A stretch of DNA of 64,000 nt from Deltaproteobacteria bacterium (GCA_026129095.1 JAHCIT010000007.1:1-64000), one strand, 5' to 3'; counted from the first letter of the stretch, positions 1-10,055 are shown. Notes: a model not told the origin generated them from the letters alone. Made by a program: numbers and translations.

Positions 1-1665
1 TCCCGCACGCGAAAGATCATCAAGGAGCCCTTCCTCTGCCTTGCTGGCCTTCCGGCTTCCGTCCTTCACATAGGCACCAAGTCCGTACCGGGGGAGTTCC
101 AGCTTATTGATGATGTCGACGATTTTTACCGAATAGAGCTGGGCGTACTGATCGTTGATCTCGAACTTCTGTGTTTTTGGCATCCGGTCCGGGAAATACG
201 ATCTCGTGCCGTCACCCATCTCCAGATACTTTCTGCCGTTCTTGGGATCGGTTTTGGCGTAATGCTCTTTCACGAACCCGCGAGTACGGCGAATCAGGAA
301 CAGCCGCATGAGGTTGCGCCAGTCTTCGGAATACTCGCTCTTGTCGAACGCCTTCAGCGTCGTCGGATGGCACGAGTGCCTGGCGACAAATGCCTTATCG
401 CCGCCGATCTGCCGGATCGCCCGCTCCGGCCGGATACCAAGATCATCCGTCTCGTTCATGAACAGACCGAGTTGGCTGGAAAGATCCCGGTATTCCTTGT
501 TGTATGGTGTCGCGGTCAGTAGAACGCAGCGGCTCCCGTTCTCATGGATATATTGCTGAAGCCTTTTGAATCTTTTGCCTTCTCGATTTCTCAGATTATG
601 GCTTTCGTCGATGATGACGAGATCGTAGACGTGGTTGATTTCGTCCAGTTGCGTCAGGATTTCGCTCTGGGAGAGCACGCGCGCGGCAATCTTGAAATGC
701 TCCGCGTACTCCTCCCACATTTTCTTCAGGTTTTTCGGGCAGACAATCAGAATTCTCGACCGCTGATCTTCCTGGAAGACCTTCGCAAGTGCCGACGCGA
801 CCATCGTTTTGCCGAGGCCGACCACATCCCCGATCATCACCCCGCCGTATTCGTTGACGTGATAGGCGGCTATCTGAACGGCTTTCTCCTGAAACGGCAG
901 CAGGACCCCGCGGAATTCCTGCGGCAATGAAAACGTCCGGACGCCCTCACGCGCCAGCTCCGACAGGTGGTAGGCCATTTTGAGGTAGATGAAGTAAGGG
1001 GGGACGATCTCTTCACTCGCCCAGCTATCCTCGATTGCCTGAATCAGCTCTTCCGAAACATCAAAGCATTTCGGATCATTCCATCGATCATTGAACCACT
1101 GAAGAAGTTCGGCGCATGCGCCGTTCTCTTCGACCGTAACGTTTAACTCGCCCTGTTTCTCAAGCCCGGACCGGGTGAGGTTGCTGCTGCCAACGACGGC
1201 ATGGAACGGCTTCACGGAGTGGTCATAATGGAAAAGGTAGAGCTTCGCGTGCAGCCGGTGAGGGTAAAGCTTTACCGAAACCTGCTTATTCTTGAGTTGC
1301 CGATAGAGCTGCCGAAGTCCCGCTTCGTCGACGTTGCTGAACGAACCGTAGGAAAGCTGCTCCCGTAAGCTCTTCGCCATCTCCCGACGGAGTTCTTTCA
1401 ACTCCTCCAGGCCGAGCAGACTTTTCTTCGACATGCCATCGCCAATGATCTCGTCGATTTCCGCAGCGGCGCTGACGTGCATCCCGATCAGCAACCGGCA
1501 TCGGTTTTCATCGGTGCCAGTCCATGCATCTAATGGTCCCGCGATCCCCCTCCATCCGCGCAGGTTAAAGTAACCCACACAAAAATCCGCTCGCTTTGCG
1601 GATTTCAGCCAATCGTTCAGGTTCGGGAGGAGCTTCTTGTCGATATTGTCGAGAATTGTCGGCAC
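1..1665 (-). CDS. PLD-nuclease/SF2 helicase fusion (NgoFVII-family-like), runs off the left edge of the window
   Basis: Not in the ORF track because there is no stop in the window. Manual translation from GTG 1665 (GGAGGG RBS upstream): MPTILDNIDK..DFCVGYFNLRGW, HKD-like LHAKLYL..VGSSNLT, Walker A ADVVGLGKT, IIDESHN, motif III LTATPYN. Confidence 0.9.
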   Translation of the reverse strand, partial: MPTILDNIDKKLLPNLNDWLKSAKRADFCVGYFNLRGWRGIAGPLDAWTGTDENRCRLLIGMHVSAAAEIDEIIGDGMSKKSLLGLEELKELRREMAKSLREQLSYGSFSNVDEAGLRQLYRQLKNKQVSVKLYPHRLHAKLYLFHYDHSVKPFHAVVGSSNLTRSGLEKQGELNVTVEENGACAELLQWFNDRWNDPKCFDVSEELIQAIEDSWASEEIVPPYFIYLKMAYHLSELAREGVRTFSLPQEFRGVLLPFQEKAVQIAAYHVNEYGGVMIGDVVGLGKTMVASALAKVFQEDQRSRILIVCPKNLKKMWEEYAEHFKIAARVLSQSEILTQLDEINHVYDLVIIDESHNLRNREGKRFKRLQQYIHENGSRCVLLTATPYNKEYRDLSSQLGLFMNETDDLGIRPERAIRQIGGDKAFVARHSCHPTTLKAFDKSEYSEDWRNLMRLFLIRRTRGFVKEHYAKTDPKNGRKYLEMGDGTRSYFPDRMPKTQKFEINDQYAQLYSVKIVDIINKLELPRYGLGAYVKDGSRKASKAEEGLLDDLSRAG

Positions 1666-2085
1666 AGGTCCCCTCCAACCGCCCATTAACCATTTATGCC
1701 AGATCAGATTTTATAACCGAGTAACGCAATGCCTTCAACGATTTCGAAAATTCTTTGGGCTATCCGTTTTTGATTGAGACGGCGGGAGCATCACTTCCGC
1801 CCGTGACAGGAGGTGTGTCGGTAAAGACGGGCTTCCGCAGAAAATGGCCTGACCCGTCCAAAGCAACCGGCCCTAGTCTATCAATTAGGACTCGGCTCTA
1901 ATGTTCGGTCCCAATAACCCGGAAGCGCGACAACCCATGCACCACCTCATGGCGGCTGCCGTGCCGTCTCATATGCCGCAGATAGGCCGGTGACGGGAGT
2001 CCGCCGCCACGGAGACGACCCGTCGCCGACAAAAAGCGGAACCGGAACCGGGCCGACGACGAATCCGAGAGGCAGCCTTCAATTT

Positions 2086-2349
2086 TATCAATCGGTTAAG
2101 GGCTAATCAGTGGTACCACCACCCACCACCGACGGAAGCGGCCAGATCCCAAGAAGCTTGGAACCCCTTGAAGCTGCAAGCCTTTCGGCGATCCTGGTTT
2201 TAGAGACTTCGGGGGAAAGCAATTTTACCGGCCAAAAGCCCCGACCTCAGCAACACCTGATACCCACCGTGCCCAAACCCAAGCCCCCACCCTCCAACCA
2301 TTTATTTCTATTGGGGAAAAACTGAAAAGTGGGGGTTAGGTGGGGGCTT
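2086..2349. mobile_element. Possible attachment-site/island-boundary remnant
   Basis: IHF-consensus match TATCAATCGGTTA (2086-2098); TGGTACCACCACCC (2111-2124) reads as a tRNA-like 3' end ..GGTGGTACCA on the minus strand; 11-bp inverted repeat AAGCCCCCACC (2281-2291)/GGTGGGGGCTT (2339-2349); no integrase present. Confidence 0.35.
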
Positions 2350-2616
2350 TGTGAGTTTTACATCCCTTGGACCCCGGAGTTCTATCGAAGCCGGAAGCCC
2401 CCGGACACAATTGTGCCCTTTTCAGGGACACTGATGTGCAAAGGGTCTGACGCTTGAGCGGCAGCTAACTTATGGAAATTACAAATCAGGCCGCTTCGTC
2501 AGCTGTCACAAGAAACTCTTTGATGAGTGCATCGGTTTCGTTGATTTCACCCTGATGATCCAGATACAGGGTTCGAAGGTCGTCACCGACGGCCCGCCAA
2601 AATTTCAGTATCGAAA

Positions 2617-3705
2617 TCAGAACCCGGCGATTTTCTCCTCGCCCTGTTTATCGCGGAAGCCGACAGGGGTGCCGTCCTCGTCGATCTGGTCGAGAAACTC
2701 GGATATTCCAAAACCCGACCGCTCCGCCGGAGCGGAAACACCCGGAGTCACCTCGCGGCACCGGTATTCGGTGAGTCCTTCGGTGATGCGGGTAAGGTAT
2801 TTCGTGCCGTCGGGTGCTGTCCGCCGGTGCCGCAGCGGGATGAGCGACAGCACCCTGCCTTCCATCTCGTATTCCCGGTCGTCATCGGTTCTTACCCAGA
2901 CCTTGAGCGAGGTCTGGTAGAAGCTGCTGTCCCATTCGGGCAGAACCCGGGCCTGCCCGATCCGCTGGTAGATCCCGTTTTCGAGAACCATTCCGGTGGC
3001 GACCTTGGGCCCCGCGCCGAGCTTCACGACCGACACCATGGCGCCGAAATCGCCGCCGAAATTCATCGGCAGCCAGCGGTACCAGTGGATATTGGACCAG
3101 TGGCGCGGTCCCCAGGAGTGGTCCCGGAGGCCGAAGCCCTCGATCTTCCAGGTGCTGCCGCCGATCCGGACCGTGCCGGAGCCGGACATGTGCTGCTCGG
3201 TGTGCCCCTTTGCAAATCCGGCGACGTCCGGCAGTGGCGAACCGTTCGCCAGGACGCGGATGCCGCCGTGCATCGGGGAGATGCCGGTGAAATCCAGGCT
3301 GATTCCGGCGTCCTCGACCGGATTGTTCTTGAACGCATGGGAGGGGTCCGCCATTTCATGGGGCCGCTCCATGACGTAGAGCTTTCCCTGATAGCCCAGC
3401 GTGAGCCTCCTGAACGGCTCGACTACCTGGAACCGCATGCCGCCCGCATTGAACGATTTGTTGTCCGCGATCTTCGGCTTGTCGTGCATGAAGGCCACCC
3501 GGCCATCGGGCAGGTAGACGCAGCAGGACATCTCCGCGTGTCCCTCGTTCACCCGGTTGCCGAGCCGGAACCACCCGCCGATCCGCTGCCGCGGATCGAT
3601 CAGGTTGAAATACATGCTTTCGTTGTAGTTGGGCTTGCCCTCGTCGGGGTGCATGAAATCGTCGTCGGGGTTGATGACGAACTTTGTGAAATGCTGCCGC
3701 GCCAT
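2617..3705 (-). CDS. Conserved hypothetical protein (AttH/tocopherol-cyclase-like beta fold)
   Basis: YNESMYF and GLRDHSWGPR motifs; directly downstream of the phosphotransferase gene. Confidence 0.75.
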   Translation of the reverse strand: MARQHFTKFVINPDDDFMHPDEGKPNYNESMYFNLIDPRQRIGGWFRLGNRVNEGHAEMSCCVYLPDGRVAFMHDKPKIADNKSFNAGGMRFQVVEPFRRLTLGYQGKLYVMERPHEMADPSHAFKNNPVEDAGISLDFTGISPMHGGIRVLANGSPLPDVAGFAKGHTEQHMSGSGTVRIGGSTWKIEGFGLRDHSWGPRHWSNIHWYRWLPMNFGGDFGAMVSVVKLGAGPKVATGMVLENGIYQRIGQARVLPEWDSSFYQTSLKVWVRTDDDREYEMEGRVLSLIPLRHRRTAPDGTKYLTRITEGLTEYRCREVTPGVSAPAERSGFGISEFLDQIDEDGTPVGFRDKQGEEKIAGF

Positions 3706-3714
3706 GCCTGACTC

Positions 3715-4809
3715 CTAGTTTCCGATCCGGTCCGCTACCTGGCGGTAGGCCAGATCGGCGAGCAACCGGACCGCCGGGCCGAACATGGCCGCCCGCGACG
3801 AACTGGCGTTGCCGTCCAGATGCCGCCTGACGATGCCCTGGATGATCGCCGCCCCGCGAAACATTCCGAAGGCCATGAAATACCTGTAGTCAGGGATCGC
3901 CTCGAGCCCCATCTCCCAGGCGTAGAGACCAATGTATTCGGCCTCGGTCGGGATGCCGAGTTCGGCAAACTTCACGCCCATCAGCCCCGACTGGCCGCCC
4001 ATCTTGCCGGCCATCGGGTTGTTCGGCACGTAGTAGAGCATGGTGTTTGCCGTGAGATCGACCAGCGGATGCCCCAGCGTGGAGAGTTCCCAGTCGAGCA
4101 CGGCGACGATCTTCGGTTCCACCGGGTGGAACACCACGTTATCGAGCCGGTAGTCGCCGTGCATGATCGTGGTCCAGTCGTCCTTGGGGAGGTGATCCGG
4201 GAACCACGCCATGAGCCTGTCCATCGATTCGATGTCGTGGGTCTTTGTGCGGGTGTACTGGTCCTTCCAGAGCGCCACCTGACGGCCCATGTAGTTGGCC
4301 GGCTTGCCGTAGTCGGCCAGCCCCGCCGCGTTCCAGTCGATCCGGTGGAGCCTCGCCAGAACCCGGACCATGTCGGAATACATCTCCCGGCGCTCCTCCG
4401 GTGCCGCAACCTCCGGCATCGCGGGGTTCCGGAATATCCGTCCCTGTACCGCTTCCATGACGAAGAACGGGGTTCCGATGACGGAATTGTCCTCACAGAG
4501 GGCAAAGGTTCTGGGAACCGGCACGCCGCTCGACTGGAGCGCCGTGATGATCCGGTATTCCCGCTCGACGGCATGGGCCGATTTTTCCAGCTTGCCTGGC
4601 GGCTTCTTGCGGATGACGTAGTTCCGTCCAGGCGTCAGGGCGGCGAAGGTGGGGTTCGACTGGCCGCCTTCGAACTGCTGCACTTTCAGCGGACCGTGGT
4701 AGCCATCGACGTGGGCGGCCATGTACCGGTCCAGCGAGTCCGCATCGAATCTCTGCGACTCCCGCACATCGACCAGTTCTCCGGGCAAGCGTCCCGCCGG
4801 TTCTGTCAT
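3715..4809 (-). CDS. Phosphotransferase family protein (ACAD10/11 N-terminal, LvaA-like kinase)
   Basis: GGQSNPT, SAHAVEREY, HGDYRLDN, VLDWELSTLGHP. Confidence 0.92.
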   Translation of the reverse strand: MTEPAGRLPGELVDVRESQRFDADSLDRYMAAHVDGYHGPLKVQQFEGGQSNPTFAALTPGRNYVIRKKPPGKLEKSAHAVEREYRIITALQSSGVPVPRTFALCEDNSVIGTPFFVMEAVQGRIFRNPAMPEVAAPEERREMYSDMVRVLARLHRIDWNAAGLADYGKPANYMGRQVALWKDQYTRTKTHDIESMDRLMAWFPDHLPKDDWTTIMHGDYRLDNVVFHPVEPKIVAVLDWELSTLGHPLVDLTANTMLYYVPNNPMAGKMGGQSGLMGVKFAELGIPTEAEYIGLYAWEMGLEAIPDYRYFMAFGMFRGAAIIQGIVRRHLDGNASSSRAAMFGPAVRLLADLAYRQVADRIGN

Positions 4810-4844
4810 AAGGTGCCGTCCTCCGTCGCCGGGGAACCTATCAT

Positions 4845-4866
4845 ATTGACTGACATGTCAGTCAAT
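4845..4866. promoter_or_regulatory. Perfect 22-bp palindrome, probable repressor operator
   Basis: ATTGACTGACATGTCAGTCAAT, about 35 bp upstream of the kinase start. Confidence 0.7.
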
Positions 4867-5071
4867 CACGGAGCCAGGAATACGAGGAAAATCAGGCTAG
4901 GGGAAAAGGGCTGAAAATGGGCCCGTTACCAATTTTACTGCGGGGAACTCGGTTCCCGTGTTCGCAGAGGCCGTCTACCATTGATTTCCCCGCCGCAATG
5001 CAGATACACGGAGTCCACAATAATCAGGCCTGCTTGTCCGCAACCGGACGAAAACCACGGGGAATCACGGC

Positions 5072-6100
5072 ATGACCGCACCTCTCGATCCTTCTCACAT
5101 ACTCCAGACCGGATTCGGATTCTGGCCCGCCCGGACGCTCTTGAGCGCCGTGGAACTGGAACTGTTCACGAAGCTGGGCGATGAGGCCCTGACGGCTCCG
5201 GAACTGGGCAAACGGCTGGGGCTTCACCCCAGGGGGTTCCACGATTTCTTCGATAGCCTCGTCGCCCTCGGCCTGCTGTCGCGGGATGGCGACGGGGAAA
5301 GCAGCCGCTATAAAAACACGCCCCAAACGGCGCATTTCCTCGACAAGAAGAAGGCCGAAAACTACGTCGGCGGAATCCTGGAAATGGCCGGGGCCCGTTT
5401 GTACCGATTCTGGGGCGATCTCACCGAGGCGCTCCGGACCGGCAAGCCCCAGAACGAGATCAAGCACACGGGCGCACCGATGTTCGAGGAACTGTACCGG
5501 TCGCCGGAACGGCTCGAACAGTTCATGTCCGCCATGGCGGGAATCTCCCGCGGGAACTTTCAGGCGCTCATGGAGAAGTTCGATTTCTCCCCCTACAAGA
5601 CCCTCTGCGACGTGGGCGGAGCCACCGGCCTCCTGTCCATCCTGGCCGCCAGACACCACCCGCATCTTGAGTGCCTCAGCTTCGACCTGCCGGTCGTTCA
5701 GCCCATCGCCACCCGGCATATCGAAAAGGCCGGAGTCGCCGGGCGCGTGAAAGCCGTAGCGGGGGATTTCTTCAAGGAAGGTCTCCCGAAAACTGACGTG
5801 ATCACGATGGGGATGATCCTGCATGACTGGAATCTCGAGGGTAAAATGCGGCTGATCCGGCTCGCCCATGACGCCCTGCCCGAAGGCGGTGCCTTCATCG
5901 CCATCGAAAACCTCATCGACGATGCCCGCCGTGAAAACGCATTCGGCCTGGGCATGTCGCTCAACATGCTGATCGAGTTTGGCGACGCCTTCGACTACAC
6001 CGGCGCCGATTTCTCCCGCTGGTGCAGGGAGGCCGGATTCCGCCGGACCGAAGTCCTGCACCTGAACGGTCCCTGCAGCGCGGCCATCGCCTACAAGTAG
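5072..6100 (+). CDS. O-methyltransferase (dimerisation + methyltransferase_2 domains)
   Basis: LCDVGGATG, AGDFF, ILHDW. Confidence 0.92.
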   Translation: MTAPLDPSHILQTGFGFWPARTLLSAVELELFTKLGDEALTAPELGKRLGLHPRGFHDFFDSLVALGLLSRDGDGESSRYKNTPQTAHFLDKKKAENYVGGILEMAGARLYRFWGDLTEALRTGKPQNEIKHTGAPMFEELYRSPERLEQFMSAMAGISRGNFQALMEKFDFSPYKTLCDVGGATGLLSILAARHHPHLECLSFDLPVVQPIATRHIEKAGVAGRVKAVAGDFFKEGLPKTDVITMGMILHDWNLEGKMRLIRLAHDALPEGGAFIAIENLIDDARRENAFGLGMSLNMLIEFGDAFDYTGADFSRWCREAGFRRTEVLHLNGPCSAAIAYK

Positions 6101-6143
6101 AAGGTTGCCACGGGGCCTGCCCCAAGGTACGACCCTGTTCCTG

Positions 6144-6452
6144 ATGACAGGCCAGCCACCTCCCGATACCCGCTCCTACTGGCGCGAGCATTTGAGACTG
6201 ATCGCCCTGCTGCTGGCGGTCTGGTTCACCGTGTCGTTCGGATTCGGCATCCTGCTGGCCGACTGGCTCGACCAGTTCCGCTTCTTCGGCTTCAGGCTCG
6301 GATTCTGGTTCGCCCAGCAGGGATCAATCTACCTGTTCGTCGGCCTGATCGCCTTCTATGCCGTACGGATGAACCGCCTGGACCGGAAGCACGGCGTGGA
6401 CAGGTTCGAAACGCCCGCCACACGGCCCCCTGACGGAGGCCCCGCCCACTGA
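6144..6452 (+). CDS. DUF4212 small membrane subunit of sodium:solute symporter
   Basis: YWREHLRL..GFWFAQQGSI; stop overlaps the symporter start; start codon approximate. Confidence 0.88.
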   Translation: MTGQPPPDTRSYWREHLRLIALLLAVWFTVSFGFGILLADWLDQFRFFGFRLGFWFAQQGSIYLFVGLIAFYAVRMNRLDRKHGVDRFETPATRPPDGGPAH

Positions 6453-8203
6453 TGAGCGTCCAGACGTGGACATACATCATCGTGGGCCTGTCGTTCGCCC
6501 TCTACATCGGCATCGCCATCTGGTCGAAAGTCGCCTCGACCCGCGAGTTCTACGTTGCCGGCCGTGGCGTCCATCCCGTCACCAACGGACTTGCCACCGC
6601 CGCCGACTGGATGTCGGCGGCATCGTTCATCTCGATGGCGGGCCTGATCGCCTTCGATGGCCGGGACGGCTCCAGGTATCTCATGGGGTGGACAGGTGGC
6701 TACGTGTTACTTGCCCTTCTGCTCGCCCCGTATCTTAGGAAATTCGGCAAGTTCACGGTGCCCGACTTCGTGGGCGACCGGTATTACTCCACTACCGCAA
6801 GGCTCGTGGCCGTGGTCTGCGTGCTGTTCGTCTCCTTCACCTATATCGCCGGCCAGATGCGCGGAGTGGGGATCGTCTTTTCCCGGTTCCTGAACGTCAG
6901 CATCGACAATGGCGTCATTGTCGGAATGATCATCGTTTTTTCCTACGCCGTGCTGGGCGGAATGAAGGGGATCACCTACACGCAGGTCGCGCAGTATTGC
7001 GTGCTGATCTTCGCGTTCATGGTCCCGGCCGTTTTCATTTCGCTACTACTGACGGGCCACCCGGTACCGCAGACCGGCTTTGGCGGGAGGCTGCTTGGGA
7101 GCGGGGAGTATCTCCTCGACCGGCTGGACGGCCTCACCACCGAACTGGGCTTTGGCGAATATACTGCCGGCAGGAAATCCACCATCGACGTCCTGTGCAT
7201 TACCGCCGCCCTGATGGTGGGGACCGCGGGCCTGCCTCATGTCATCATCCGGTTCTTCACGGTGCCGAGCGCCAGGGATGCCCGTGTCTCGGCCGGATGG
7301 ACACTGCTGTTCATCGCCATCCTCTATACCACGGCTCCGGCTGTGGCGGCTTTTGCCCGCGTGAACCTGATCGAGTCGGTCAGCAACACCGCCTACACGG
7401 AAACCCCGGACTGGTTCCGCCGCTGGGAGACGACCGGGCTGGTCGCCTGGATGGACAAGGACGCCGATGGCCGCATCGCCTATGTCGCCGGTGACCCGTT
7501 TGCCGGGAAACCGGTATTCACCGGTGAAACCGGCAGAAACGGAGAGCGGTTGCTGTCCAACACGGCCAGTCCGGGCCGCAACGAACTTTATATAGATCCT
7601 GACATCATGGTGCTGGCAAATCCCGAAATTGCCCACCTGCCGGCATGGGTCATCGCGCTGGTGGCGGCCGGCGGTCTTGCCGCCGCACTCTCGACGGCGG
7701 CAGGGCTTCTGCTCGTCATCTCGACGGCGATCTCCCACGACCTGCTGAAGAAGGCGCTCCTGCCCGAGATCACCGACGAGCGCGAACTGCTGTTCGCCCG
7801 TGTGGCGGCCGGTGCGGCAGTACTCGCCGCCGCCTGGTTCGGCATTCACCCCCCGGGCTTCGTGGCCCAGGTGGTTGCCTTCGCCTTCGGTCTGGCGGCG
7901 GCGACTTTTTTCCCGGTGCTGGTTCTGGGGGTTTTTTCGAAACGGGTGAACCGCGAGGGCGCCATCGCCGGCATGGTAATGGGCCTCGTATTCACCTTCG
8001 GCTATATCGTGAAGTTCAAGTTCGTGAGCCCGGAGCTGAACACCCCCGCCCACTGGTGGCTTGGCATTTCACCGGAAGGAATAGGCACCGTCGGCATGCT
8101 CATCAATACGGCAGTCATGATCGCCGTCAGCGCCCTGACGCCGCCGCCACCGGACGATGTTCAGAAGATGATCGAGGAAATCCGGCTGCCCGGAGAGCGT
8201 TAG
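6452..8203 (+). CDS. Sodium:solute symporter (ActP-like)
   Basis: ADWMSAASF, MVGTAGLPHVIIRFFTV, ALSTAAGLLL; many TM helices. Confidence 0.93.
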   Translation: MSVQTWTYIIVGLSFALYIGIAIWSKVASTREFYVAGRGVHPVTNGLATAADWMSAASFISMAGLIAFDGRDGSRYLMGWTGGYVLLALLLAPYLRKFGKFTVPDFVGDRYYSTTARLVAVVCVLFVSFTYIAGQMRGVGIVFSRFLNVSIDNGVIVGMIIVFSYAVLGGMKGITYTQVAQYCVLIFAFMVPAVFISLLLTGHPVPQTGFGGRLLGSGEYLLDRLDGLTTELGFGEYTAGRKSTIDVLCITAALMVGTAGLPHVIIRFFTVPSARDARVSAGWTLLFIAILYTTAPAVAAFARVNLIESVSNTAYTETPDWFRRWETTGLVAWMDKDADGRIAYVAGDPFAGKPVFTGETGRNGERLLSNTASPGRNELYIDPDIMVLANPEIAHLPAWVIALVAAGGLAAALSTAAGLLLVISTAISHDLLKKALLPEITDERELLFARVAAGAAVLAAAWFGIHPPGFVAQVVAFAFGLAAATFFPVLVLGVFSKRVNREGAIAGMVMGLVFTFGYIVKFKFVSPELNTPAHWWLGISPEGIGTVGMLINTAVMIAVSALTPPPPDDVQKMIEEIRLPGER

Positions 8204-8880
8204 GACTCCTGCCCCCGCTTCCACGTCCCGTATATCCAGTCGAACACCGGATAGGTAATGTTGAAATTCCACCGGTGCATGAGTGTGGGATCATGGTGAC
8301 GCGTGTGCATCTGGCGGAGCGTATTCATGAACGGAAGTTTTCTCAGCCATGAATCTTCCGGCAGATGATAGGCGAGGTGTAGCCACTCGTAGTTGAGGTA
8401 GTAAGCCGTGATAGTGAAGAGCAGCAACCAGCCGGCGTTCGAGGAAACAGTGAAGCCCGCCGCCAGCGCCAGTGGCACGCCGAAAACGACGATCACGACC
8501 ACAAGAAACCACCAGGGGAACAGGACCATGTGGTAGTCCTGCGTCGATTCGGCCGCCATCGCATCATGCCGGTAGAAATGATGGTGCCTGACTGTATGGC
8601 GCAGGAAACCCGCCTCAAGGCACTTCGTCTTGTGGTGCATGGGACCGCGATGAAAATGGTACTCGCCATAGTTTCCGATCAGGAATCCGGCCGGGACGAT
8701 CATCCATTCCCACCACCGGACATTTTCGAGCCGCGAGAGGCATAGGGCCATTGTCCCGAGCCCAATCGAATTGCTGATGATGAGATGCCGGATGCCCGAG
8801 TAGTTTTTCGGCAATACCTCGCGCCGGTATTCCTCGCGGAACCGGGCGACAGCTTCCGGGATGGCGGATAAACGCTCCAC
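8200..8880 (-). CDS. Fatty acid hydroxylase/sterol desaturase family membrane enzyme
   Basis: His boxes HFHRGPMHH, HTVRHHH, EWLH, HTRHH; NFNIT..FDWIYGT. Confidence 0.88.
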   Translation of the reverse strand: MERLSAIPEAVARFREEYRREVLPKNYSGIRHLIISNSIGLGTMALCLSRLENVRWWEWMIVPAGFLIGNYGEYHFHRGPMHHKTKCLEAGFLRHTVRHHHFYRHDAMAAESTQDYHMVLFPWWFLVVVIVVFGVPLALAAGFTVSSNAGWLLLFTITAYYLNYEWLHLAYHLPEDSWLRKLPFMNTLRQMHTRHHDPTLMHRWNFNITYPVFDWIYGTWKRGQES

Positions 8881-8943
8881 GGCTAGTATTCTATCAGCGC
8901 CCGCCGTCCCACTGGAAGCGGGAAAAGTGAACCGGTTTCAGGC

Positions 8944-9825
8944 TCAGCCCACCAGTATTTTCGTCACGACGTCCATCGCCTTCTGGAATTCGGCCGGCGG
9001 AGTATGGGAGTTGAGGCGTATCTCCAGTACGGCGCCCATGACGGCGATGAGCCGCACGGCGATCCAGCGTTTCCGCTCGGCATCGGAGAGTTCCTCCTCC
9101 GGTGCAGGCCGGCCCTGAAGCCGCTCGCGCTCGGCCAGCACCGGGGCCAGCATTTCCGTCACCTCGGACCGGAACTGTTCGTACAGAGGCGACAGTGGAC
9201 CGGATGGCCTCAACGCCTCACTCACCACGACAAGCGCCATCCGGTCGATCACGGCCATGCCGCCCACGAGGATCCGCGCAAACCGCTGGAGCTTTTCGTC
9301 CGGTGAGCCCTCGCGCTCCAGGTCGCGGCGCATCAGTTCGAACACCACGGTCAGGAACAGCTCGCTGTGTGCGGCCAGCACCTCGTTCTTGTTCCGGAAG
9401 AACTGGTAGAAAGTGCGTGGGGATACGTCCCCCGCCTTCAGGATGTCTTCTATCCGGGCGTTTTCGAACCCTTTGGCCACGAACACCCTCGCCGCCCCGC
9501 GCAGGCTCCGCGCATAGCCAGATGAACTCCCCACTCCCTCCGAGAGGCGCAGCAGAAGGTCGAGCACGTCCGTGGCGTCCGCTTCACCCTGTCCGGTGCC
9601 CTCCCGCAGCCGGGGCTGGAGTGCCATGAATTTGAAGATTGCTTCCGGCCCCAGCGGCAGCAGACTGCCGAACGCGACAAGTGCCTGGTGCTTGAGTTCC
9701 TCAAGGTGCCGGGCACCCTCGCCCGCCCTGGGGCGCCCTGCAGCCCCGCCTTTTGCATCACGGTCACGCACCAGTTTTTCGCCGCGACGGGCAATATCGA
9801 GCAGGGGTTTGGGAAGACGGGCCAT
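8944..9825 (-). CDS. TetR/AcrR family regulator with about 100-aa N-terminal extension
   Basis: Internal HTH AARVFVAKGFENARIEDILKAGDVSPRTFYQFFRNK. Confidence 0.85.
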   Translation of the reverse strand: MARLPKPLLDIARRGEKLVRDRDAKGGAAGRPRAGEGARHLEELKHQALVAFGSLLPLGPEAIFKFMALQPRLREGTGQGEADATDVLDLLLRLSEGVGSSSGYARSLRGAARVFVAKGFENARIEDILKAGDVSPRTFYQFFRNKNEVLAAHSELFLTVVFELMRRDLEREGSPDEKLQRFARILVGGMAVIDRMALVVVSEALRPSGPLSPLYEQFRSEVTEMLAPVLAERERLQGRPAPEEELSDAERKRWIAVRLIAVMGAVLEIRLNSHTPPAEFQKAMDVVTKILVG

Positions 9826-9931
9826 CGACCATACTTATAAGCCGATTTTACCTTCAGTTCCAGCCAGAAGGCATGTATAAAGTTAGATAACTAGCTGTAA
9901 ATAAAAGGACTAATTCCGTCATACGAATTAT

Positions 9932-9983
9932 TTGTCTATAAAGACAATATTGTCTTGACGCAAATTGGCATATTGGTAAAAAT
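9932..9983 (+). promoter_or_regulatory. Operator palindrome overlapping a sigma70-like promoter
   Basis: Perfect 16-bp palindrome AAGACAATATTGTCTT (9941-9956), a third half-site TTGTCT (9932-9937), overlapping -35 TTGACG (9955-9960), AT-rich -10 region near 9977-9983. Confidence 0.7.
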
Positions 9984-10055
9984 AGTTTTTACCTTAGGGT
10001 GCAGGAACTCCGCCGATTGCAGAGTCGTGACGCCCCGCTGGGAGGAGAAAGACCA

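Noticed and set aside
1815-1901. 28-aa ORF after AGGAGGT
   Set aside because: The RBS abuts the GTG with no spacer and there is no recognisable motif
2111-2124. Complete tRNA gene
   Set aside because: Only a 3'-end-like fragment; no T-loop or cloverleaf adjacent
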